DNA of 10,266 nt from a bacterium (GCA_046757525.1 JBHHYI010000150.1:1-10266); one strand, 5' to 3'; shown: positions 1 through 6,619, counted from the first letter of the stretch. Notes: generated by a model not told the origin, from the letters alone. Made by a program: numbers and translations.

Positions 1-225
1 GCTCTCACAAGAATCGCTGCTCAGGAAACACGATTTCAATCCTATGCACCGAACTCTTTTCGAAAGGCTGAGAGGGAGCAGCTCCCCGGAATGTAGGTCA
101 AGTTTTTGAACGTTAAAGCAAGGGTTGTTTTGATTGACGAGAACGGACGATTGGCGGGAAATAACCAGAAAAAATGCTCAACCATACCTCTTTGCCGACC
201 GATCAGGCATCGCCGGCCACATCGG

Positions 226-414
226 TCAATAGGAAGCAGACTTTCTGTATCTTCTCTTTGCCAGTCTCCGGGCAATTTTCTTTTTCTCGCTCGGTTTTAA
301 GTAATAGCTCGACTTTTTCAAGTCCTTGTGTATGCCAGCCCGTTGACACTGTTGTTTGAAACGTCTAAGCGCGTGGTCCAAAGACTCGCCTTTCTTAAGA
401 ACAGTAATAATCAT
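226..414 (-). CDS. rpsU: 30S ribosomal protein S21 (bS21)
   Basis: 62-aa basic ORF with S21 signatures (GESLDHALRRFK...YYLKPSEKK); GGAGGAGG SD at 432-425 on the - strand. Confidence 0.96.
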   Translation of the reverse strand: MIITVLKKGESLDHALRRFKQQCQRAGIHKDLKKSSYYLKPSEKKKIARRLAKRRYRKSASY

Positions 415-533
415 CTATGGGAGTCCTCCTCCATGCCTTTCGCGCTTTCGGTGTTCCATGTCTGTTTTTTGTTTGGTCATTTTGCTCTAAAACAGCCCCG
501 TTGGGTTAATCACTCAGTAAATTTTAAATGACT

Positions 534-562
534 AACTTATCATTTTAAAACATTATATGCAA
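534..562 (-). promoter_or_regulatory. Putative sigma70 promoter for rpsU
   Basis: - strand TTGCAT (562-557), 17-nt spacer, TAAGTT (539-534) in an AT-rich intergenic stretch. Confidence 0.45.
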
Positions 563-629
563 GAAAAAAATGCACAATTTTGAAGCCTCATTATCACACG
601 ACCTTGCCCAAGCGAAGTGACGATATCCC

Positions 630-658
630 TTGATTTTAATGTCAGATTGTCTTACATT
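630..658 (+). promoter_or_regulatory. Putative sigma70 promoter for the riboswitch-crcB-DUF190 transcript
   Basis: TTGATT (630-635), 17 nt, TACATT (653-658); predicted start ~665, just before the riboswitch. Confidence 0.65.
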
Positions 659-672
659 TTCGACCATGTGTT

Positions 673-723
673 GAGCGATGGGGTTCGCGTTTACTTTCCT
701 GCTTCTGGAATGATGACTCCTAC
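673..723 (+). ncRNA. Fluoride (crcB motif) riboswitch aptamer
   Basis: GCGATGGGGTTCGC...TGATGACTCCTAC matches the known consensus; GCGA/TCGC stem (675-678/685-688), TTCC/GGAA stem (696-699/707-710), pseudoknot GGGGTT (680-685) with GACTCC (715-720); directly upstream of crcB. Confidence 0.95.
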
Positions 724-768
724 TTTTGAAGTCGACGACCCGACTTCAAGGGCAGGAGTTTTGTGTTT
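716..768 (+). terminator. Intrinsic terminator forming the riboswitch expression platform
   Basis: 19-bp stem 716-734/741-759 (two G-U, one A-C mismatch), 6-nt loop, then TTTGTGTTT; the left arm uses the aptamer pseudoknot strand ACTCCTAC. Confidence 0.9.
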
Positions 769-794
769 AGCAATCAAACTGAGGAGGACGCGTA

Positions 795-1166
795 TTGAGT
801 CTGTTAGCGGTGGGTATCGGTGGATTTCTGGGAGCCATCGGTCGTTATGGACTTTCGGGATTGGCTTACCGCCTGTTTGGCAACAGTTTCCCGTACGGGA
901 CTTTGTTCGTCAATGTTCTCGGCTGCTTCTTAATCGGCTTTTTGGTGACCATAACTGAAGAACGTTTCCTGATCAGTCCAAACCTGCGTTTGTTTTTGAA
1001 TATTGGACTGATTGGGGCTTTTACCACATTTTCTACTTTTGGATTTGAAACGGTTGAGCTGCTGCGGGCCGGAAGCTACCTTTCGGCAGTTGCCAATGTA
1101 GTCTACAGCATCCTCAATGGATTGGCTGCTGTGTACTTTGGCACGGTAGTCGCCCGATTATTTTAG
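795..1166 (+). CDS. crcB: Fluoride efflux channel CrcB/Fluc
   Basis: 123 aa with 4 hydrophobic segments; GGFLGAIGRY, FPYGTLFVNVLG and GAFTTFSTF motifs; GAGGAGG SD (781-787) before a TTG start; riboswitch upstream. Confidence 0.97.
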   Translation: MSLLAVGIGGFLGAIGRYGLSGLAYRLFGNSFPYGTLFVNVLGCFLIGFLVTITEERFLISPNLRLFLNIGLIGAFTTFSTFGFETVELLRAGSYLSAVANVVYSILNGLAAVYFGTVVARLF

Positions 1167-1183
1167 CTTGAAAGGAAATTACC

Positions 1184-1528
1184 ATGAGAATTACCGGTGA
1201 AGGCAAGCTCCTGCGAATCTTCATTGGCGAAGCCGATCGATTCGACGGCAAGCCTTTGTATCAAGTCATCGTGAACAAAGCCCGGGAACAGGAACTGGCG
1301 GGCGCAACCGTTATCCGGGGCATGATGGGCTTCGGCGCCCATAGCCGCATGCACACCGCCAAACTGCTGCGCCTTTCCGAAGACCTGCCAATCGTCATCG
1401 AAATTGTGGACTCCGAAGAGAAAATTCGCGAGTTCGTCAAACGCATCAACGGTATGATCGAAGAAGGCTTGATGACCCTGGAAAAAGCCGAAATCATCAC
1501 CTATCGCAGCAAACAATCAACGGACTGA
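1184..1528 (+). CDS. DUF190 family (PII-like fold) protein
   Basis: LLRIFIGEAD, GATVIRGMMGFG, LSEDLPIVIEIVD motifs typical of DUF190; AAGGA SD; usual position after crcB. Confidence 0.9.
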   Translation: MRITGEGKLLRIFIGEADRFDGKPLYQVIVNKAREQELAGATVIRGMMGFGAHSRMHTAKLLRLSEDLPIVIEIVDSEEKIREFVKRINGMIEEGLMTLEKAEIITYRSKQSTD

Positions 1529-1536
1529 GTCGTGCT

Positions 1537-2997
1537 TTAAAGCTCGGCGTGCTTTGTTACAGCTTTTTGGTACAAGGCGAGATATTTTTGTGCCGAATGC
1601 TTCCAGGAAAAGTCTTGCTTCATGCCGCGTTTCATGATTTCCCGCCAGGTTTTCTTGTCTCTGAAAATGTCCAGAGCGCGACGGATCGTCAGGTACAGGG
1701 CGTAGGGGGAATACTCTGAAAAGGAAAACCCGTTGCCTTCTTCATAGTATTCGTGATAGTCTTTCACCGTATCGGCCAAGCCGCCGGTTTTGCGCACGAT
1801 GGGTACTGTACCATAATTCAAGCTGTACATTTGGTTCAGGCCGCACGGTTCGTACAACGACGGCATTAAGAACAAGTCACAACCTGCCGTAATGAGATGA
1901 GCCAATCGATTGTTATAGCCAATGCAGGCTGCAAATCTTCTCTTGTAAGTCCGAGTTGCTGCGCTAAAGAAATCCTCGTAAGCCCTGTCTCCACTGCCCA
2001 AAGCTACAATCTGAAGCGGCAATTGCATGATCTTACCGATGATGGGCATCAGGAGGTCGAACCCTTTTTGCTTGGTCAGCCGCGAAACGATTCCAATGGT
2101 GGCCACCTTCTCCTCAAAGGGCAATCCGGCGTAATCGAGCAGGGCTTGCTGGTCCTTCTTCTTGTTGGTGATGTTCCTCAGACCATATCGATATGGGATG
2201 AACTCGTCAACGCGGGGGTTCCACACCGTGGTGTCGATGCCGTTTAAGACGCCGTACAAGTCGTCCTTGCGAGTAGCGAGCACGCCATCCAACCGGGCGC
2301 CATAGGCCGGCGTTTGAATTTCGTAGGCATAGGTTTCGCTCACCGTGGTGATGATCTCCGAAAACGAAATACCCGCTTTCAGCATGCAGAAGGCACCGTC
2401 CAGTTCGTAAGGCCCGCCGGGGTAAAAGTGCTCGTATCCCAAACTTGCTTTGGCAATCGAATCTTTCGCAAAAAGACCCTGGTAGCCCACATTGTGAATC
2501 GAGAGCAAACAAGCCGTCTGGCTAAACAAGTCGTCCTGCTTGAAATTGAATTTCAGGTAAGCGGGCAACAAACTGGTCTGCCAGTCATTGCAGTGCACCA
2601 CATCGGGCGCCCAGCGGTAGTGCTGCAAAATCTGAATGATGGCCTTTTGAAACAGAATGAACCGCTCATCTTCATCCGGGTCGGAGGTGTAAACCTGCGC
2701 TCGATCATAATAGTAGGGACAGTCGATGAAATAGACTTCGACTGGTGAATGGGGCAACCGCCCCTGCCAGACATGGAAGGTGACGCTCTTGCTGCCAACG
2801 GCCGCAGCAAGGTTCTGCAGCTCTTCGACAACCATGAGTCCGTGCTCCTGTGGGTCGATGTGGCGGTACAGCGGCAAGAACACCTTGACCTCACAACCAA
2901 GACTGGCTAACGCTTTCGGCAAAGCCCCGCCAACATCAGCCAGGCCACCGGTTTTCACATAGGGAACGCATTCGGAAATGGCAAAGCAAATTCTCAT
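1537..2997 (-). CDS. glgA: Glycogen synthase (GT5, ADP-glucose type)
   Basis: KTGGLADV at the N-terminus, HCNDWQT, SRLTKQKG, MPSLYEPCGLNQ, second KTGGLADT, FSWKHSA. Confidence 0.96.
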   Translation of the reverse strand: MRICFAISECVPYVKTGGLADVGGALPKALASLGCEVKVFLPLYRHIDPQEHGLMVVEELQNLAAAVGSKSVTFHVWQGRLPHSPVEVYFIDCPYYYDRAQVYTSDPDEDERFILFQKAIIQILQHYRWAPDVVHCNDWQTSLLPAYLKFNFKQDDLFSQTACLLSIHNVGYQGLFAKDSIAKASLGYEHFYPGGPYELDGAFCMLKAGISFSEIITTVSETYAYEIQTPAYGARLDGVLATRKDDLYGVLNGIDTTVWNPRVDEFIPYRYGLRNITNKKKDQQALLDYAGLPFEEKVATIGIVSRLTKQKGFDLLMPIIGKIMQLPLQIVALGSGDRAYEDFFSAATRTYKRRFAACIGYNNRLAHLITAGCDLFLMPSLYEPCGLNQMYSLNYGTVPIVRKTGGLADTVKDYHEYYEEGNGFSFSEYSPYALYLTIRRALDIFRDKKTWREIMKRGMKQDFSWKHSAQKYLALYQKAVTKHAEL

Positions 2998-3003
2998 GGC
3001 TCT

Positions 3004-3356
3004 TACGCGTTGTCTCCTAATTGCTCGATGGGACGGGACTTACGGCACCACGTTAGGAGCTGCGCTGTCATTGGAGACGACGTAGTGAATGCGCGCGGTC
3101 GGTGTCACATGCTCACGCATCAGGTTGCCCCCTTCGAGATTGTCCATGGCCCGCCTCCCTGGAGTGCTGAAGCCCTGCTTCAGCCTTTCGACAGTTCCAA
3201 GGCGCAAGCAGGGCTTGTGCACGCCAAAGCTGACGCTCCCAGGGAGCAAGGGCCGTGTCAACCAATTGAGTTGGCCGAGCTTCGGTCAACGGCCCGGCCC
3301 TTGACGGGTCTGGCCCCGCAGTCCGGCGCTCGACAACAGGCGTCAACCTAAGCCCC
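3004..3356. ncRNA. Candidate structured non-coding RNA / regulatory leader, family not recognised
   Basis: Stems 3008-3017/3073-3082; rod 3145-3257 (including perfect 11-bp 3170-3180/3206-3216); 3270-3278/3282-3290; 3301-3306/3341-3346; no recognisable protein in any frame. Confidence 0.45.
3040..3147 (-). CDS. Possible 35-aa leader/small ORF (MDNLEGGNLMREHVTPTARIHYVVSNDSAAPNVVP)
   Basis: AGGGAGG (3160-3154) lies 6 nt before ATG 3147; stop 42 nt before the glgA start; no recognisable homology. Confidence 0.25.
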   Translation of the reverse strand: MDNLEGGNLMREHVTPTARIHYVVSNDSAAPNVVP

Positions 3357-3361
3357 CAAAC

Positions 3362-3433
3362 TGTCATTTCGAGAAATCTGGTCTATGCCTAAATCAGACC
3401 CCGCGACTACGCTTCGCTCCGCTCGGGGTGACA
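3362..3433. repeat. REP-like palindromic element (TGTCATTTCGAG...AGAAATCT / AGA...CTCGGGGTGACA type)
   Basis: Terminal inverted repeat TGTCATTTCGAG / CTCGGGGTGACA (12 bp, 3 G-T); shares TGTCATTTCGA and GAGAAATCTGGT with the copy at 4903-4995. Confidence 0.75.
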
Positions 3434-3629
3434 ATAGGGTGGTTAGACGCCCTTTAAGTTAACGCCAAACGGTGCCTGACGGATCAGTCCGGCACTTGAC
3501 GGACACATAAAAAGAAGCAGTCTCCCACCGAGCGTTTCGCTCAAGGTAATCCCTTACACAGCTCTCAGCAGTTCCCTCGCACAGTTCATAAAACTTTTGA
3601 CAGCACCTAAGCTTTTGCGACTGGAGTTC

Positions 3630-3658
3630 AATATAATCTTTTTTCAAAGCTAAATCAA
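3630..3658 (-). promoter_or_regulatory. Putative sigma70 promoter pointing toward glgA
   Basis: - strand TTGATT (3658-3653), 17 nt, TATATT (3635-3630); same -35 hexamer as the crcB promoter. Confidence 0.6.
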
Positions 3659-3801
3659 TCAAAAGCTGCACGAGGTGGGGCTGTCTTCAGAAACAAGAAA
3701 CGGCGACTCGGGCACCGGCAGCCAAGCTATTAAAAGGGCATTTTCGAACAGGGAATTGTCGGTAGTCTGGATTTGTTGAACTATTAAGTCACGAACTCCC
3801 G

Positions 3802-4206
3802 TCAAAGTGCTGTGAACCGGTAGCACCAGGCTTCCCCTTCCAACACGGTTTCACCGGTTTGGCGGGTGACTTTTACGCCAAGCTGACAAACCGGTTTGCT
3901 CTCGTGTACTTTCAACACTTCCGCTTCGGCTGTTATGGTGTCACCGATGAACACCGGAGCCGTAAATTTCCAATTCTGGCTGAGAAACACCGTACCCGGC
4001 CCGGGCAGGTCCGTGGCTACCAGGGCGTGTAACAATCCGGTGGTAAGACCCCCTTGCACCACCAGTTTCTTGAATTTCGTCCGGGCCACAAACGCTTCAT
4101 CGTAGTGCAGCGGATTGTAATCGCCCGAAATCTCGGAATATTTTTTTACGTGTTCTGTGGTGAGGGTCAAGCTGCGCGTGGCCTTTTGGCCAACCTTTAG
4201 GTCCAT
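3802..4206 (-). CDS. MaoC-family hotdog-fold dehydratase / (R)-specific enoyl-CoA hydratase-like protein
   Basis: SGDYNPLHYD hydratase motif (D-x4-H), LPGPGTVF, FTAPVFIGDT; GGAGGAG SD. Confidence 0.92.
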   Translation of the reverse strand: MDLKVGQKATRSLTLTTEHVKKYSEISGDYNPLHYDEAFVARTKFKKLVVQGGLTTGLLHALVATDLPGPGTVFLSQNWKFTAPVFIGDTITAEAEVLKVHESKPVCQLGVKVTRQTGETVLEGEAWCYRFTAL

Positions 4207-4334
4207 GGGTCTCCTCCAAGAGTTTATTTGAACTAAACAACGTGCCTGAAGAAAAAAATCCCTGCAACAGAAAACTACTGGAAATTAATTGAGAAAATGA
4301 TTATTATTTGTAAGTAGAATCGGAGTTTCAGTTA

Positions 4335-4874
4335 ATGAACTATTGCAGCAAATGCGGCAGCGGGGTCAGACTTGCCACTGTCCCTGGAGACAGCATCCCA
4401 CGCTACCTCTGTGACAATTGCCAGGCCATCCATTACCAAAATCCCAGGATGGTGGTTGGCAGTCTGCCACGTTGGGAAAACAAAATCCTGTTGTGCAAGC
4501 GGGCTATCGAGCCGTGCAAAGGGCTGTGGACCCTGCCTGCGGGTTTCCTGGAAAACGGCGAAACCGTGGAGCAAGGCGCGGTGCGGGAGACCCTTGAAGA
4601 GGCCAACGCACCCATCGACATCGTCAGGCTGTTCTCGGTTTACAGCATGCCGCAGTTCGACCAGATTTATCTCCTGTTTTTGGCCAATCTGAACAACCTG
4701 GATTTTCATCCCGGCGCGGAGACGTTGGAGGTCAAACTCTTCGAAGCCTCTGAAATTCCGTGGAATCAACTCGCTTTCAGTCCCGTCAAATTCACCCTGG
4801 AAAAATACCTCAGCAACCCGGAAGTCTCTAATGGTGCGGTGTATTTGGGAGCCTACGGGGTGAACGACCATTAG
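4335..4874 (+). CDS. Nudix hydrolase with N-terminal zinc ribbon (ADP-ribose/FAD pyrophosphatase-like)
   Basis: YCSKCG...CDNC...HYQNP zinc ribbon; Nudix box [30 protein letters not shown]. Confidence 0.94.
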   Translation: MNYCSKCGSGVRLATVPGDSIPRYLCDNCQAIHYQNPRMVVGSLPRWENKILLCKRAIEPCKGLWTLPAGFLENGETVEQGAVRETLEEANAPIDIVRLFSVYSMPQFDQIYLLFLANLNNLDFHPGAETLEVKLFEASEIPWNQLAFSPVKFTLEKYLSNPEVSNGAVYLGAYGVNDH

Positions 4875-4902
4875 TGATTGAAGGAAACTTCCTCTTCGGA
4901 CT

Positions 4903-4995
4903 TGTCATTTCGACCCTGATTTTCTTCCTTTAAAAAAATAATAATTGAGAAAATCACGGGAGAAATCTGGTTTAGTGCACTTGTCAGATTCCTCG
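4903..4995. repeat. REP-like element, left part, same family as 3362-3433
   Basis: TGTCATTTCGA (4903-4913); inner hairpin TGATTTTCT/AGAAAATCA (4917-4925/4948-4956); GAGAAATCTG (4960-4969) pairs with CAGATTCCTC (4985-4994). Confidence 0.7.
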
Positions 4996-5140
4996 TCAGG
5001 CAGCCGCCTGACCAGAAACCGGAGTTTCGGAGTTTTCGTTCCGCTCTCCATTAGGCAACACGCCTCCACCTCACCCCTTTTTCAACACCCTTATTAAACG
5101 CTCTTTTGTACGTAACCCAATCGTCTCGATTCCACAGGCC

Positions 5141-5306
5141 ATTCTCCCTTTGAAGGGAGACAGATTTTCGCTCGTTCAGAGCGAAAATCAGAGGGATGTC
5201 TGGCCGACAGCACCTTGACTCGGGATTTCAGGACGCCTCCTAAAATCCCGCTGGTTTTCTCGCTGGACGCTTCAAAAACCGTCCCCCCTGTCAAAAAAGG
5301 AGATTC
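5141..5306. repeat. Degenerate composite palindromic repeat (CCCTTTGAAGGG...AGGGATGT type)
   Basis: Hairpins TCTCCCT/AGGGAGA (5143-5160), perfect 11-bp 5163-5173/5179-5189, CGGGATTT/AAATCCCG (5221-5250) and a degenerate mirror half at 5232-5306. Confidence 0.55.
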
Positions 5307-5320
5307 TTTGCAATGGGTTG

Positions 5321-5357
5321 TCAAACGGTAACCTTCTCAAAGAAGGTCACCGTTTGA
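5321..5357. repeat. 17-bp inverted repeat hairpin
   Basis: TCAAACGGTAACCTTCT-CAA-AGAAGGTCACCGTTTGA, one mismatch (A-C on +, G-U on -). Confidence 0.85.
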
Positions 5358-5400
5358 GCTCCAGACCGCTGTTGGGTCGGGACGTATCGACGCCCGTTAC

Positions 5401-5445
5401 CCCTCGATTTTGTCACCTGAACAGCGGTGACCTACTCGGGATGAC
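5401..5445. repeat. REP-like element, right half (CCCTCGA...CTCGGGATGAC)
   Basis: Resembles the right arm of 3362-3433; inner GTCACC/GGTGAC hairpin (5412-5431). Confidence 0.55.
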
Positions 5446-5491
5446 TGGCACAGTATTCTCTGGAAACGCTTGGCTGTCACTGGCCTTTACT

Positions 5492-5581
5492 GCAGCCCCC
5501 GGTTGTCATTCAGGAGGAATCCTGTTGGCCCGCTGCACAGTGCTGGCACGTAACAAGATGCCTCCTGCATGACAGGGCTGC
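5492..5581. repeat. REP-like long inverted repeat (TGTCAT..AGGAGG.ATC type)
   Basis: 18-bp arms 5504-5521/5557-5574 with 2 mismatches, extended outward by GCAGCCC/GGGCTGC. Confidence 0.75.
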
Positions 5582-5604
5582 CTTTGGCGTTTCCGACATT
5601 GAAA

Positions 5605-5660
5605 GCAATCCGGTCGCGCCGGATTGCGAGGGCTTCCAAGAAACGCTTCGGTCGTTTCTT
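5605..5660. repeat. Two perfect hairpins downstream of mutM
   Basis: GCAATCCGG/CCGGATTGC (5605-5627) and AAGAAACG/CGTTTCTT (5638-5660). Confidence 0.6.
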
Positions 5661-5666
5661 TCATGT

Positions 5667-5685
5667 AAAAGCACACAAAGCGTGC
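5667..5685 (-). terminator. Possible weak intrinsic terminator of mutM
   Basis: - strand GCACG-CTTTG-TGTGC followed by TTTT, 9 nt after the stop codon. Confidence 0.35.
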
Positions 5686-5694
5686 ACAGCACTT

Positions 5695-6534
5695 TTAACG
5701 GCTCCCGCGCAGCGGCTGACACTGTGGGCAAACAAACGAACTGCGGCCCGTTTGCACCAGGCGTTCTACCTTAGACTCACAGCGCGGACAGGCTTGCCCT
5801 TCCTTGCCGTACACAGCTAACGCAAGCTGAAAGTAACCCGCCTCCCCCGCACTGTTGACGAAGTCGTTCAGGGTGGTGCCGCCCTTGCGGATGGCCTCGT
5901 TGAGTACACCCCTGAGTTCGCGGAGGAGTTTTTGCCAATCGGCCAACGAGAGCTCATTGGCTGGCACCGCGGGATGGATGCCGGCCCAAAACAGCCCCTC
6001 ATTGGCGTAAATATTTCCGATGCCAACGATGAAGGTAGAATCCATCAGCAAGTTTTTGATCGCGCGCTGCGAGGCTTTGGCTTTTGCGTGGAGAAGCCCT
6101 GCCCGGGTGCCCCTGGCCAGTGGCTCTAAACCAAGTCCCACCAAACGCGGGTGGCGTTCGATTTCATCGGCGGCCACGGCGTCCACCATGCCGAAACGCC
6201 GCGGGTCCCGAAAGCGCAATTCAAACCCATCTGCGAAATAAAAGACGACGTGATCGTGTTTGTCCAATGGGGTTGCATTGGCCAGCAAAAGCAAGCGCCC
6301 GCTCATGCCCAAATGCAGGATGAGCGTGGCGGCATTCTGCATCCTGACTAACAGATATTTCGCCCGCCTTTCCACCTGGCGAATCTCTCCTCCCACCAGC
6401 CACTTCTTCAGCTTGCTTTCTGCCACAGGCCAACGCAGCCGGGAGTCTCGCACCACGATTCTGGTTATGCGCTTGCCAGGCAAAAACTGGTTCAAGCCCC
6501 TCTTAATCGTTTCGACTTCCGGCAATTCCGGCAT
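5695..6534 (-). CDS. mutM: Formamidopyrimidine-DNA glycosylase / AP lyase (Fpg)
   Basis: N-terminal PELPEVET, RRAKYL, HLGMSG, DPRRFG, H2TH GIGNIYANE, C-terminal CPRC...CPQC zinc finger. Confidence 0.98.
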   Translation of the reverse strand: MPELPEVETIKRGLNQFLPGKRITRIVVRDSRLRWPVAESKLKKWLVGGEIRQVERRAKYLLVRMQNAATLILHLGMSGRLLLLANATPLDKHDHVVFYFADGFELRFRDPRRFGMVDAVAADEIERHPRLVGLGLEPLARGTRAGLLHAKAKASQRAIKNLLMDSTFIVGIGNIYANEGLFWAGIHPAVPANELSLADWQKLLRELRGVLNEAIRKGGTTLNDFVNSAGEAGYFQLALAVYGKEGQACPRCESKVERLVQTGRSSFVCPQCQPLRGSR

Positions 6535-6576
6535 GTATTACGCTGGCATTAAATGAGAATGAAAAGTATCACCACG

Positions 6577-6606
6577 AATGTACGAAAACTGGCATCACAA
6601 AAGCAA
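6577..6606 (-). promoter_or_regulatory. Putative promoter for mutM
   Basis: - strand TTGCTT (6606-6601), 18 nt, TACATT (6582-6577). Confidence 0.4.
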
Positions 6607-6619
6607 AGTAAAATCTCAC

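Noticed and set aside
617..958. 113-aa + strand ORF
   Set aside because: Runs through the promoter, riboswitch, terminator and crcB in another frame.
3139..3265. Rod as 6S RNA, SRP RNA or HEARO/omega RNA
   Set aside because: Too short for 6S and no two-sided central bubble; no SRP GGAA-loop motif; no IscB/TnpB gene nearby.
3319..3500. Repeats as a mini CRISPR array
   Set aside because: Only two imperfect 16-nt copies 166 nt apart and no cas genes.
3030..3625. Resemblance of the - strand to the raiA motif RNA (TTAGGTT, TGAGCATG, GTAAGTCC, AGCGAAAC, CCAGTCGCA)
   Set aside because: Based on my memory of one raiA sequence. The matches are 7-9 nt, only partly collinear, and about what chance allows over 600 nt; the 3' third would be missing and wobble pairs favour the other strand. 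A cmsearch with the Rfam raiA model would settle it.
3459..3671. 70-aa - strand ORF
   Set aside because: GTG start upstream of the predicted promoter, which it runs through; no recognisable homology.
4293..4311. Fur-box-like GAAAATGATTATTATTTGT between the MaoC and Nudix genes
   Set aside because: Only 13/19 to the consensus in AT-rich DNA, and the flanking genes are not iron-related.
4332..4871. 179-aa - strand ORF
   Set aside because: Antisense shadow of the well-supported Nudix gene; no recognisable motifs.
5094..5820. Short ORFs at 5094-5324, 5318-5572, 5510-5731 and 5569-5820
   Set aside because: Mostly non-ATG starts, translated through palindromic repeats, no recognisable domain or transposase motif.
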